Under the pieces are notes generated by a model that saw only the letters and a program-made list of their open reading frames with translations, searched no databases and was not told the DNA's origin. This document shows, piece by piece, positions 32,683 to 46,559 of a stretch of DNA of 64,000 nucleotides. The translations under genes and the position numbers were made by a program. Origin of the DNA: Octopus sinensis (Eukaryota); assembly GCF_006345805.1 (NCBI RefSeq), contig NC_042997.1, forward strand, positions 182,652,001 through 182,716,000, written 5' to 3'. Position 1 is the first letter of the stretch. Every line of letters starts with the position of its first letter.

Positions 32683-35600
32683 ACTGCCCTCCACAGAGAT
32701 AGCAGCAGCGGTTAATAATCAATTTCTCTCTCTCTCTCTCTCTCTATAAAAATATATATATATATATATATATATAGATAGATATATATAGATATATATA
32801 TCTGCCTCTTAAGCAGAATACAAGTCCAATATAGCTCCTCCTTCATTGACATTGCAGCATTTGTTCTTCGACTTTGTTTACATTGTCCATCTCTGACACT
32901 GCATATTATTTTGTCTTCTATTTACTATTACATTACTATAATTAAAGTGTTTAAAAAAAAGACGATGATGATGATGATCATAGTTATTTTAGTAACAAGT
33001 GAGAAAGATTGCTAGGCCATAAGCCAATGAGTTTTAATAACTGATGAATATAATTCTCTGGTCTGTAAATGAATGAACACAAAAGTTTATTTACAGTCTA
33101 ACTAGTAGTTTTAGCTGGGCTTTATTTATTTATTTTTATTTATTTTTTTTTCTCTCTTCCAATATTCCTCCCTTTAAAATGATTCAAAAATGAAAATAAA
33201 AAATGGTTTGCTCTAAGTCAGGATTACAAATTGTATTTAAAAAAAAAAAAGAAAAGAAAGAAAAGTAAAAAAAAAAAAAAAGAAATATTTTTCTGGTAAA
33301 AGAAGAAAAAGAAAGTTTTACACTTCAGATTGGATGATGGTGATGATGGTGCTATGTTCCTTAGCTGCTACACTCAACTGAAAACTAAAATAATGAACAA
33401 TAAAAATAATATATTGTTTAGTCCCTCTTATGCAGATTTCCTCAAAGTTTTTTTTTTCTTCATGAAATTATATTGTTGGGTTTTTTTTTTTACCTTTCTT
33501 TTGTCTTATTCTGCCCTCCCCCAATTATGTTTGAAATATTTTCTTGTTTATTTCTTGCATTATCAAACAAAACAGTTAATATGAATAATAATCCTTTTGT
33601 TGAACATCCCTGTTCTCTTCCCCTGCCCTGCCCCATCTTGTTGTTTGTTAATCAGGCATGGTTGCTGGCTATTTATTTAAAACATCTAGTTTTTTTCTTT
33701 TTTTTTTTTTCAACTCCTTGTAAAAAAATTTGCTCCTGTCAGCATTTTGCCTTACTCGTTGAAGATGTATTTTTGTGTGCAGAGAGTGCTTAAAGTGCAA
33801 CTTTTTTCTCTCCCCTTGTGAACGATCTAGTATCATGGTATCCTTCTCTTTTGCTTGTTCAGTCAACATAAATTTATTTATAATGTTGCTATTATATTCT
33901 ATTCAACCACTCTTTCAGATATTTTGGTTCTTGAAAGAATGATTTTCATTTAACATTTTGAAAAGAAAAAAAATCAAAGTTTTGTAATTAGCTTTTGATT
34001 TTACCTCCCATTTTTTTAGGAATGACCTAAGTCAATCAAACATTTTTATTTTTTTAAGGTTTCATTCAAAATTCCATTTGTTTTCCTCAAAATTTCAAAC
34101 ATCTAAGAATTATCTGAACATTTCATTTCCATAAATGTGATGTTTTGATGATATTTTAAAAATTTATTTATTGAAATATTTGTATAGTGTGGAATAATTT
34201 TAGCTTCATTTCTAAAACCTTTTATGTGCATATCATTCTTTTTACTAAATCTTAGACATTTGAATTTGTATTTCTCATTTGAAGCTCTTTGTAAACTTTA
34301 TTTCATTTAGAGCTTTTCATATTGGATATTTTGTTTCATTTTCTTCTTAGTACTATGGATGAATTTGACTCCTCGTGCAAGCAGTTAAGGAGAAAAACAA
34401 AACAACTTTTTAAGTTACTGAAATTTGATTATTACTAAGTCCAAATCCATGAGACTGCACAAACTTCAAAGAAAAAAAAATTGCATTTTTTTGAAAATGT
34501 ATATGAAGTACAAGCTATTAACTGGATCCTTCACTCAGATTTTGTTAAAATATTCTGTTGAAAGGTGTGTAATATGGACTGAAAAGACTGGTGCTACTTA
34601 CTCATGGTTTGAGTACAGTGAGAGAAGTTTAGAATTCAATAAGCTTCATCCAAACTATTTAGCAATGCAAATAGTGATTTTAGTTTCTTTTACAGAAAAA
34701 TCATCTATTGGTTCTTGGCATAATAAAACTGCTAAGATCTATATTAATTTTTTCTGCTACAACTTTAGAATTGTCATAGCTAGTTGTTAATATTTTGTTT
34801 ACTTAAATCCTCTATTTTTTAATCATTTGTGAAAAAGAAAATTCCAAAAATTTTGGAGAAGCTTACCTGTTGGTTTCAGTGTCTGAAGTATTGGAAAATC
34901 TCCATTATTCTTGCCAAAGTGCACACTAGAATTTTGAAGTAAAAGTAGTTTGATATTAGAATTTGTAATTTTAACCAACTTGATGCAGTATTTTGCTTTG
35001 TAATTCAGCTGTCTCTTCTATAATAGAAAAATGATTCTATTTAAGAATTTATTATTTTAATAATAATAATAAATTAATTTTAAAAGCTTTTACTAAAAGT
35101 TTTTTCTTTTCTGATTGTTTTATAATGTAGTTAATACTTAAGAACAACAAAAAAACAATAGAATAGAAAAATTAAACACATTTTTGCTTGTTAATTTAGA
35201 ATTTGTTACATCATTTAAAAACTAACAATTGAGTCTTTAGTTTCTTTGAATCAGTTCACTATTCAATTTAGATGGACAATTTTAGTTTTTGATACCCTCA
35301 TAACATAATTTTCAATATATTGAATCAGGAAAAGGAGCTCTAAGTGTACACATAAAAATTTACTATTTTGTACAGTTTATATTGTGTGCACTATGCTTTC
35401 ATGAGAATTTCCAAATCAAAAACTGATTCTTATCCAAATATTTATTCTTCATGAACATCTATGGATGACTCTTCAGTCTGACTATACAATGCTAAAGACG
35501 GTACTTTATATTCACATGCAAAACTATTGTTGGATACCTTTAGTAGCAGCATAAATTTGAGCGAGAAATAATAATTCTCATTGGGAGACACTTCATGAAG

Positions 35601-38600
35601 AGTGCAAATCTAAGGAGCCACACTTATTGTAACAAAACTTGATTCAACTAAACAAATGTTGTTGTAACAGTTGAATCAGAGGTATTCATACATGCATACA
35701 GCTATGCATGAACACATTCACTTAAACTTTCTTCAGTTTAAAGTTGAGACCTAATGGCTGGTGTTACCAATTTTCATTTGCTGCAGTCTTCCCTTTGATA
35801 TTTAATACTAGATGTGGTGGCTTCCTTATGGTCTATTCCTCCGTAGCAGTTTACAATTTGTTTCCTCCTAGCTAAATCCTTTTCTTTATTTTTTCCTCCA
35901 CTCGGGCATTCTTTTACATATATGTATGTTTAGAGGTTTGAGTTTTAAGATCATTTGTTCATTTCAACATACATCTAAGTTCAATAATTGGTTACCTTCA
36001 ATTAAAATTGAGAAACAGCCAGTGCAATCCTACATTTCTTGTTTTATCTTCTCTACATGACATAGATTTCTTTTTGTAAAGGTGATAATAATTTATTAAT
36101 ATGTTGCATTTAAATGGTACAGCTAACCTACCAATGTTCCATAACTTTTTCTTACCTCCTTTTTGTTGCTTACCTGCATATTCATCAACTGATATAGTTT
36201 CTGTTTTGTTTCTTTATATAGCTTCCAAATATCCTAGATTCTAAACTTTTCCAGGTCTCTTTGATACTTGTTTAAATTATATGCTGTAACCTTTAGAAAA
36301 ATCACTTTGAATACTGTATTGCAGTTGATTCCAAGTTGATTCCACTGTATGATAATGACAGTATTTTAGGCTTCTCATTTCAACAGATTAGAATGGTTAA
36401 GTTTAAAGATATTTCATAAGTTAAAAAACTAACCACTGCATAAAATACCTACTGTCATATGAAGTATTTATGTCTGAAGGTTTTCAGTGCCTCACAGAAA
36501 CTTCAGCAAAGAATAACGTATATTCAAGTACTGGTGCTTCAATATACAGATAATGTAGTAGAACCAAAAGCTTGAGTGAGGTTGCGAAAGACAATGTTCA
36601 GCCCTTTTCATGCTGTTCTCAATAGTTTGTTTCAAATTTCTAATAACAACCGTCCATACTCATAAAAGCTTTTTTCTGCTCATTAAATGTATTTCTTGAT
36701 GTAGTATTTACACTTGGAGCAGTAAAATTATGGAAATTGTAGTTTGCCTATAAATACTCTTTACCCTTTCACCATCATATAAAAATATTAAATTTTTACA
36801 AGATTATTTCTCTTAGGCTAAAATATTTTCCATCTAATGGACAGAAGAACCAGTTACTAGAACAACTTATTCTTCTAATAACTGCCCAAATTCAGTTGGT
36901 GTGTTCTAATTTTGCTGATTCTTCTCATTTTTTTCCCCTTTTTTAGTTTCATTTGTTAATTTCAATAGTTTTTCTTTTGATACAAATATCCTAGGAGCAT
37001 CAATTTAAAAACTAAATCATTACAAAATTTACTCATATTACTTTGTCAATCTTCAGAGTTAAGTAATGTGAAGTACTCAGGTGCTTTTTATTAGCCAATC
37101 TTAATATTATTGTTTGATATGATTCATTAGATGCCTACCAACGTACTTATATAATTCTTCACAATCTCATATTTCTCCAAAAGACAATAGGAACTTTTTT
37201 TGAAGGCAGCTTTTTAAAATCGTATTTCTGGAAATGGTCTAGATTTTGCACTTATTCACTGAAAATTCAGTTACTGAGCACTATATAGACTATTTCATTT
37301 ATACAGAAAATGTACTTGGAAGTGAATTAAAGCTGTCTAAACCAGAAAACTGTTTTTATTATAACATTTCTATACAACTCTGATGCTTCCTGAAGGATAA
37401 TTTGATAGAAAGTTTTAAACTTTACACTTGCTAACATTGAAACTAAGGTTTGGAGCTGAAATAGCTACTTAAGCCCTTGCACATAAAGATTCACTTTCAC
37501 TTTATTTGTATAAAGCGGGTTATTGGTTCATCCTGCCTCCTAGGCAAAACTCATTAAAATAGCCTCTAAGCTTCCAGCAGTAAAATATTAAAATTGTTTA
37601 CTATTGTCTTCTAATATTCTACACTTTTTTCTACAAAAGAAGATAACTTTAAATCAGCTTATTGATATAAACTGGTTTAAAGTTTTAAGTAAAAATTTCA
37701 GTGTTCATAAGATGATACACCATTCCTGTGGTTCTTACCTCAACATTGATGACTTCTGTAAAAGTGTCAACTTATATCTGTAAGCATTCAATCATAATTC
37801 TGCCTGGTGTTGTATTATGTGATCATATATAATGAATGTACTACTGGTTGGGATAATCTCAGGGTTTCATATTTCCTGGGACTGTGGATTTCAAGATAAT
37901 CCATACAAACAGAACATCCATTTGATTCCTTAAGTTAATGATCACAGGATATAGTATGATACAATACACATTAATAAAACAACAGTAAAATTTTTTTATA
38001 GTATCTAATAGAATTTCAGTTAATCTTCTCTTCACTCTCCATTCATAAAATCTCAGAAAAAAGAAACAAAGATTAATGCCAATCAGACATCCATATTATA
38101 TCATTATTAGCATGCATTAAGAGCTAAAATTGCTTTGAAATAATAGCTTATATTAGGTGCTAAAGCTGCTTCATTATGACAGCAAACAAGGAGCTAAAGT
38201 TACTTCAAGATCATTGCTTCTATTCTCTCTCATATCAACAGACTTCTACAGTTGGTTTATTCAATATTTAATTCTTGAAGATCTATCAAAAGAGCAATCC
38301 TTCTTCAAATCAATTAGCTAACTTAGCAGAGAGGATACTTCAATTCAATGCTCTCACTGCCACCAATTATTATACTTGTGTTTAATTGCTTGCATTAAGT
38401 CTTCAGAGAGAAGGAAGTCTCTCCTTCCTTATTCTCCTCACTTCTGATTTTTTTCTCTTTTTTCTTTCCTGTTTTATCTTCCTTTTCTTCTCTTTATTTA
38501 TTTTTTTCTGTACACATTATGGCCAGCCAAGCACATTTTCAGGTTACTATCTAACTGCTTAAAATAATTAAAAGCCTTTGCTAACTTTATAAAGAAGCTG

Positions 38601-39339
38601 ACCTGAAAGTATAGTTCCTCCAGTGAATGGCCAAAATGTTGTGAAAAGTCTGTGTACTACAAAATGGTTCTTTGACAATATTGACTAGATGTTTAAATTG
38701 GCTTCATCGAAAGGAGCTAAAGATATATTGTCATATAAAATATGTGACCAAGGGCTAGTAGAGGATTGTATTTATCTTCAGTGAGCATATGACTGTGTGT
38801 ATGTGTGTAAGCATTCGTGTGACAAATATGTATGTATACTGTGTTCAAGATAATTACATGATTTGTTTATAAAACAATATTACATTTCCCTTGCACACTT
38901 TCCTCTATCATCGTTTTAGAATGGTTTGAATGAAACCTTGCTATAAAACAATCCTTTTCGTGTTTCTTCACTTTTCTGAAATGGTAGCAAATTGGAGTAA
39001 ACCAAGAAAAGTCTTTTGTTCAGACTATTTTCATATTCCATTATTTTCCTTTCCATTATTTATTTTGATAATTTTTTTTTCATTTTATATACATTGTTTT
39101 TCTTTACTGTTCCCATGTCTATCTTCTCCTTCTCTCTCCTGGCTGCAGACACTTCATTGCATTTGACTGCATTTATCATTATTGTTTCAGATGATGATGA
39201 AGTGGTCATTGACAAGTTTAGACAATACATTTATGTATAAAGCAAAGAAAATGAAATCTGATATATAATGTACATGTGAGCATGCATGTGCATACAAAGA
39301 GTGAAGATATTTTCTTTACCTCCCACTTCAATAGGCAAG

Positions 39340-39910
39340 TGCTGCAACATTGAAACTACTAGGATACTTACTGTTTAGTTTATTTCCTCTTGGCAACCAA
39401 TAAAAAAAAAATCATTAACCTGCCAAGGTCAATTCTGCCTTCCCTCTTTCAGGGTCAGTAAAAAGTACTGGTCAAGTACTGGGGTTGATTTAATCAACTT
39501 ACCCCCCCCCCCACTCCTTCCCTTAAAATTGCTGGCTTTGTGCCAAAATTAGTAAGAATTATTACTATTATTATTTATGTTCTAATTTCAACCCCCACTG
39601 AGGTTAATGCACTCTCCTCAGAATTTCAGGCCCTGTGCCTATGGTAGAAACAATATAAAATAAATCACTATTATTATTATTATTATTATTATTAATATTA
39701 AGGCAGCAAGCTGGTAGAATCTGAGTGTCAACAAAATGCTTAGTGAAAATTCTTCTGGCTCTTTATGTTCTGAGTTCAAATGCTGCCATGGTCAACTTTG
39801 CCTTTCATCTTTTCAAGGTTGATAAAATAAGTACTAGTTTAGCACTGGGGTCATTGTAATCAACTTATTCATGCTTCCCTAAAAATGCTGGCCTTGTACT
39901 TGCAGTAGGA
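39340..39910 (+). mobile_element. SINE fragment cluster with (ATT)n
   Basis: Core gttcaaatgctgccatggtcaactttgcctttcatc...gataaaataagtactag recurs at about 27855, 39430, 39775, 43580 and 59090. Confidence 0.6.
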
Positions 39911-42900
39911 AGGATTATTATTATTTAGGTACTTCATTTGATTAACCTCACAGTGCCAATATTCAATAAGGAGGTGCATAGTTAATAGGTCTGATGTGGT
40001 TGCAGAAGGACAGTCTGGCAGGGCTTGAATAATTAAGTTCCCTCACCAAAAGTGGTGCATTCACCAGAGGGATTTTTTTTTACACCCGAGCAACAGTTCA
40101 ACATGATTAGTCAGTTTGAAAGCAGATGCCCTTCCTATTCTCATCATTATTATTTGTGCACAATACCAAGAGGAATCACTAACTAAGGATTCTCAACAGA
40201 ATCCAATCAGTTGACTGATTTGGCAGCAAAAATTACTTAAGTTATCTTACAACAGATATCTGGGGATTTTTAGAAGAATATATTACATAACAATCGCATA
40301 CATACACTTCATACCAAGTTAGGCCACCAATGCTGACATTCAATCACCACCTGGAAATTTGCCATATATTTAGATGTGACAGTCTTAAGAGCTGCTCATA
40401 TTAATGACTTTGTGATAATAATTTAAACCATAGTCTAGAAACTTCATTAGATGGTTCAAAGATTCTCTCCATGTAAGTATTATGTTGAATCTAATGGCTG
40501 TTGGATCAACATTTTCATGATCAAATTCGATGAGGTCTATGATATTGATCCGAAGAAGGATATCCTTAAACTGCCTTGTGGTGTTTATTGTAAAGAAAGG
40601 AATAACTATATCTCTCACCTTTGCAAACATTGAATGCACAATCAATCCTCTGGTGTGAAGAGTAAATAAAAACTAAACCTTCTCTGAAAACGTCTGCCTT
40701 TGACTGATTTAAGTCAGCAAAGATTTTACAAGCAGTGAAATCCATATGCTATGTGGACAACTTGTCACGGTTTGTAAGTGGTTCTGATATCAACATGGCA
40801 GTAGTTCTGTTTTGGAAGAAATTCTCTTTAGTGCTTATTCTGATCAACCAAAATATCTTTGTATTAGATGGCACAACTGCAATTACAATGAATCACTGTT
40901 TGCATTTGTTGGCTGCTGCTCCAGTGAAACCTGGCCTGTAAACATTAAGAATTGATTTAAATTGCCTCCATTGAAATGTTTGAACCATGAATCCCCCTCT
41001 CCCTCCTCCCCCTGCAAGAATCTCTATTAGAATATTTCTAAAGTTGAAAGACTTCCTTCATCTGCCTTTGATAGTAAAGAAGTTGTCAGATAGTAAAGGC
41101 TTCATTGGTTTGGTCATCTGCAACACATGGGGGAAGAGAGGTGTTAACTAAAGGTGCTCATTTGTACAGGAGACGGCCAAAGTCATGCTGGATTTTTTTT
41201 TTTTGGATGGGGTGACTGGCACAAGACTAAGAAAAATGGAGGAAGAAGAGTATACAACCATATCGACTTGATCTCAATGGCATCCACACCTCATGTATAG
41301 GGAACAATGGATGGAAAAAAACTGTGCAATTGTATTAGTGATAGTAGTAGTAGTAATAGTAGTAGTAGTAGTAGTTGTAGTAATATCAGAATGGTGAGCT
41401 CCATTGAGTAGTGGTAAACTCCTGCCAAGTTAAATCCACGTCCCAATTTCAATTCCCAGCTGGAGCCATTTCACTTCACTTTCATCACTTATGCCCTTGG
41501 GAAAAGCATGACCATTACAACTTCCTATTTCCCCTTCTCCCCAAACATTTCAGGCTTCACATGTCTATGTAAGAAACATTATTAGAAGATTAGTATGGAA
41601 TTGAATGATGTAAGCTGCTATTGGGTATAACTTTTTTTTTTATAACACAGAATCATGGTTCAAATTATTGTTTTTCATCTTTAAAGAGAAAACAATAATG
41701 ACTTTAAATTGACCTGCATACTGACAGCTATATATGTATATTTACATATAATCTTTACTAGCATTTAGTTCTAGTATATATAAAGCAATATATGCTTTAA
41801 TTTACTGACTAAATGTAATTCTATGTTTAGTTCTTGTTTCAAGAAAGAGACTTACAGTTATTTGTTACTTTTTTTTCCAATTTGGTTTTCCTTTTTTTTT
41901 TTATATTTTGTTTCCCATTCTAATCTAAATCTGTTTTATAATTTTTAATTCTTTAAGCAAAAACTATCATTATTAACCATTCTGAAAGAACAGATAATGG
42001 TAGTTATAGTAATGATGGTGATGATAATAATAATTATATTAAGATTGAAATAACATCTACAAGTTTTAAAAGGCCTAGAGGCTGCAGAATATTATTATTT
42101 TGCAATTGTTTTTTTTTTTTGCTGAACATTTTCACAGATTTGTTTTCTTAGTGTAGCTCGTGATTAAAATTGTTTTTAAACCTTTATCAATTAATCCTGC
42201 CTAATTTACATTTTTATACTTTTTCTATTTTTCGTCTTTGCTCCAAAGATACCTGTTAGACATTATGTTCATCTCGATATATCTGTGTAATATAAATGTT
42301 CTAGAAAACACTCAGTACTTGCATTTCTGTCTATGTAGCAGTCTTGTATACATGCCCATAGCATGATTCATGTGATTTTATCACTTGGTAAATTGGTCAC
42401 TTACAGGGTGGGGTTTTTTTGGGTTTTTTATAAACCCATTTACAAAAATATTCATTGTCACTTTGTTCACAAAAACCTGACAGCTGGTGTCTGCATCAAT
42501 GCTAAGGTTTTCAAAAGAAAAATTATAATTGTGGAATGGGTTGTTTGTGATAAGAAAAAAAAAAGTGAGAGAGAGAGAAAAGAAAAGAAAAAATTCTAAA
42601 ACAAATTAATTGGTTAAATACAAATGCTTGAAATATAGTTGTTATGAATTTGTATGCTTTTTATTTTTTTTTTAATCATTATTTTTTCATACTTTTATTG
42701 AATTTGGAACTGATTTTTATAATAAAAGATTTTTATTTATGTATTTTTTTTAATTAAAAATTATTTTCCCGATTTCTGCAAAGTAAATTTAAGGAAAATA
42801 CTAACATTTAACTGCTGTCTAAGTAGTCATACTTAATGTTCTTCTAATGTCATAATTTCTTACAATCATTTCAAAATAGATATTTATATGGAGAGAAGCT

Positions 42901-43673
42901 TATACAAGCTGAAGGGATCCAAGCCATACCTGGGATAGGCTTTGTTAGACAGTTTGACAGCCTCAACTTGACCAAAAATTGCTGAGGTTGAGAAAGGGTC
43001 CTTTTATTTTATTCCCTTGATCATTTTTTTCTTTTTTCTTTTTTTTTTTTTACGTTCATCATTTGCTAAAGCTAATGTGATGATGGAGACTCCTTTATTT
43101 TACAAAAGACGAAAGACTAAGAGGAAATCTGTGAAAGCCACCTTCTTCTTGAGCTCTATGGTAAATCCAGAGAATTGGGGTCCAGTGTTCTTTTTTAGCA
43201 CTGGAAAAAAAAATGTTTTAAACAGCATGTGTATATCTGTATTGTAGCAGCTGTCCATGTCTGTTTTGGACACTGTTCCTGAAGGCTGTAGCGCCTTCAG
43301 TGTGATGTCTCAGTGATGGAGGTGCTCTCCAATAATTGTAACTTTAACAATGGTGGCATTAATTTTTGACATGTAAAATGCAGTGATAAGCTTGCCTATT
43401 AAAATTTTCTTTCAACATGTACACTGTGATGTCTGTTGCTTTCTTTTTTCTTTTCCTCTCTCTCTCTCTCTCCCTCTCTCTGTTGATTATGTCAATTACA
43501 GGTGGAAAATTGGAGGAATCATTTGAACATCAGACAAACTATTTTGCAGTATTTGTTCCTGTGTCTTTCTACATTATGAGTTCAAATCCCACCAAGGTCA
43601 ACTTTACCACTTATTCTTCTAGGGTACTTGTTAGAGTGTTGGACAAAACACTTTGTGATATTTGTTTTAACTT

Positions 43674-43886
43674 TTAACCCTTTCGTTACTGTATTTATTT
43701 TGAGATGCTCTGTGTTTCTTTCAATATAACAAAGAATTTAGTAAAATAACTTAGTTATCATTAAGCTAGTATTAGGAATATAAATTGCGACTAAGGTGGT
43801 ATATTTGATGCAAAACTTATGAAAACAAGACATTTGTACTACAGAGCCAGAGCCGGTTTTGGCCGGGTTGGTAACAAAAGGGTTAA
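43674..43886. mobile_element. piggyBac-type MITE, about 205 bp
   Basis: TTAA target sites at 43674-43677 and 43883-43886; TIRs ccctttcgttac / gtaacaaaaggg. Confidence 0.85.
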
Positions 43887-44986
43887 ATATTATGAGTGTC
43901 AAAACAGGTATCAAACTTCTATCTGACAAGACAGTGTCTTATAAGAATTACCTGGAGGAAGGCAACAAGAAACACCTTGGTATTCCTCAAGGAAGTTCCC
44001 AGGAGTTGTCAACCCGATGGCACAAAGTAAGGCAGGATGTCAATTGCTGTTTAGTTTCAGGTCAACTCTAACTGAACAGACTTAAGATTAAAATCCTTCC
44101 AGCCATTTTTGAACTGTCTTTCTTTTTAAGTTATTCATATCTAAGACTACATTATCCAAGGTGAGCCTCTCCTGTCAAAACAGTACAGAAAGATTTGGCT
44201 GCTATATTCCAATTCAACAACCATGTAGAGGCTCACTTCTTTGGCTAGTATGTCATTTACTTTAATTAGAAGGTATACATATTCATGCTATATAGAGGTA
44301 GTGATGCAGATAAACACAATCAAGCTTGACATGTATATCAATATATAGTTTGATACGGCTACATATATTCATGAAGATATATATATATACATAGAGCATA
44401 AAAAATACAGAATACTAAAAAGAGAATACAGAGTTTCTTAACTCGACAGCTGTTTCAGATTTACATAATGTGCAAAAAGTCTTGAATGTGTAACCAGTAA
44501 ATAGACACACATATTACAATAAATCTGGTTCCCTTTATCAAGAGAAAATTGGCAAAAGCTTTTGAATTTGGTCCCAGTTAACTCAACCCTTTGCCTGTCC
44601 AAAGCATTTTCATAATTTTGCCCTAAACATCCATACTTGTTCTCAGACATTTAGTTCCGAGTAATATAAAACTTGCCTTCCATAAGTCCCAAGTTACCCT
44701 GGTAACTTGGCACTTATGAAAGGCAACACAAAATTTGGGGAATGTGTATGATATATGATGCATGGATGCCAGGGAAATATGTCCTGTGTATCATATGTGA
44801 TACACAGGACAGATAAAGAGTTGATAAAGTTTATTCCAAATGTATGATGATCTCACTGCTGCTAGTTCCATGTAAAAAGCACCCAGTACACTCTGTAAAG
44901 TGATTGATGTTGGGAAAGACTTGCCATAGAAAACAGACATTAAATGATGATATTTTCTATAGATTGGTCAACAATACCAAATTATA

Positions 44987-45485
44987 TACTGTAAATCCTT
45001 GAGTATAATCCACATTTTTTCCCCAAAATTTAAAGGTCAAAATCCCTAGTGCGTACTATATGCGAGGTTAAAAATGAAAAATATTTTCTAAGCAATGTCC
45101 GAGTCTCTATTTGCTGACCGGCAATGTTTATTCAGACGCATTTTATGATGTCGGGCTCGAAAATACCTTACGCTAAGCCTGAAAACAATGAAGTCATAAA
45201 AGAGTCATCCATAACTTGCAGTAAGCAACATTTATTAAACGTTATTACTGTTATTTCTTTATTTTCTGCAAACAAAATGCACAAAGACGCTACACATTTG
45301 CATCATGTTATATATACAATAATAATAAAGGATGTTACCGTATACATTTTTACAAACCAAGGACGTTATATAGACCTCCTTGACTCAAGTTAGAGAAGGG
45401 GTGCATATTATACACAAGGTTTAGGTTTTTCAGAGGTACAGCCCCCTAAAAATCCCCTGTGTATTATACTCGAGGATTTACGGTA
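44987..45485. mobile_element. Tc1/mariner (pogo-like) MITE, about 495 bp
   Basis: TA-flanked TIRs tactgtaaatccttgagtataat / attatactcgaggatttacggta; no transposase inside. Confidence 0.8.
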
Positions 45486-45912
45486 GATAGATAGATTTAA
45501 TGGTAGTTATATTATCACTTATAATAAAATCTTTTAATCACCAGCTTATAGTCAAAATGAATAATGGCTGCAAATATACGTGAGAAAGTGTGATCACTGC
45601 TGCAACTTATACAGGTGAGTGTAATATTACAGTTGGAACTAAATAGTATTTTACATCACTATTATAATACAGTATACACAACTACCTGCTCATTGTATCA
45701 ACGAGTGACCAAGTATTGTACTCTTGTGTAATTTTCAGGCAGAAACTGACAGAGCCAGACCTTTGAATTAAAGGTACAGGCCTTTATGGGCTTTTAAATA
45801 TTCCAAATAATAAAAATTAAGAAGTCTAAAGGCATAGACATGACTATGTAGTTAAGAAGCTCACTTTACAGCTATGTAGTGTCAGGTTGGGCCAACCTGC
45901 ATAACAATTCTT

Positions 45913-46445
45913 TTTTTACCATCATCATCATTGTTCGACCGTGGTCGAGACAATGGAATTTACCATGCTACGCCAGACTTCACGGTCCATCATAGCATTA
46001 CGGAGGTCCTGTTGCTGGATGCCTGTATCCCTGGAGATTACCTCAGGGTAGGAGAGTGTGCGCCCTCTGGTATCGCAAGTAGATGGCTTCCAGAGGAGAA
46101 GAGTAGAAATTGCCTCGTTTTCAGCTCTACAACAATGTCCAGCAAACTGGACTCTCCTACCTTTCACAAGAGATGACACAGGTGGTAGTTTCCCATATAA
46201 TTGCATTTTGGTTGGATGATGCTTCCACGAGATTTTGAGCTCTTCATCATTGTCGTTGACTATGTGCTACGTATGTCAGTTGATACCATTTCTGGCAAGG
46301 GCTTTGAAATAAAACCTAGAAGAAGTTCCAGACACCTAACTGAATACTTGACAGACACTGACTTTGCTGATGACATCGCTCTTATCAGTGATTCACTCTC
46401 CAATGCCCAGTCTCTTTTACAATCTCTCGAACAAGTTTTTACCAT
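45913..46445 (-). mobile_element. RTE-like LINE insertion with an inverted 5' segment and 10-bp TSD
   Basis: The minus-strand 3' end (QLYGKLPP...RRVQFAGHC...DREVWRSMV, TGA tail) abuts a plus-strand RT core (LFIIVVDYVLR...TDTDFADDIAL). TTTTTACCAT is present at 45913-45922 and 46436-46445. Confidence 0.85.
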
Positions 46446-46559
46446 AACCTATGGCTGAACAGTGGAATTTGATGGAGGAAAACTTTGCAGAAACCCATTG
46501 TATGCATGTGTGTATGTAGGAATTATTCTAATGAAAAGCACTGTGACTGGGATTCAAAA

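Noticed and set aside
43270-43330. 8-bp GC-rich hairpin and C-box-like GTGATG motifs (snoRNA?)
   Set aside because: No properly spaced C/D box pair with a terminal stem; the hairpin is too short to support a call.
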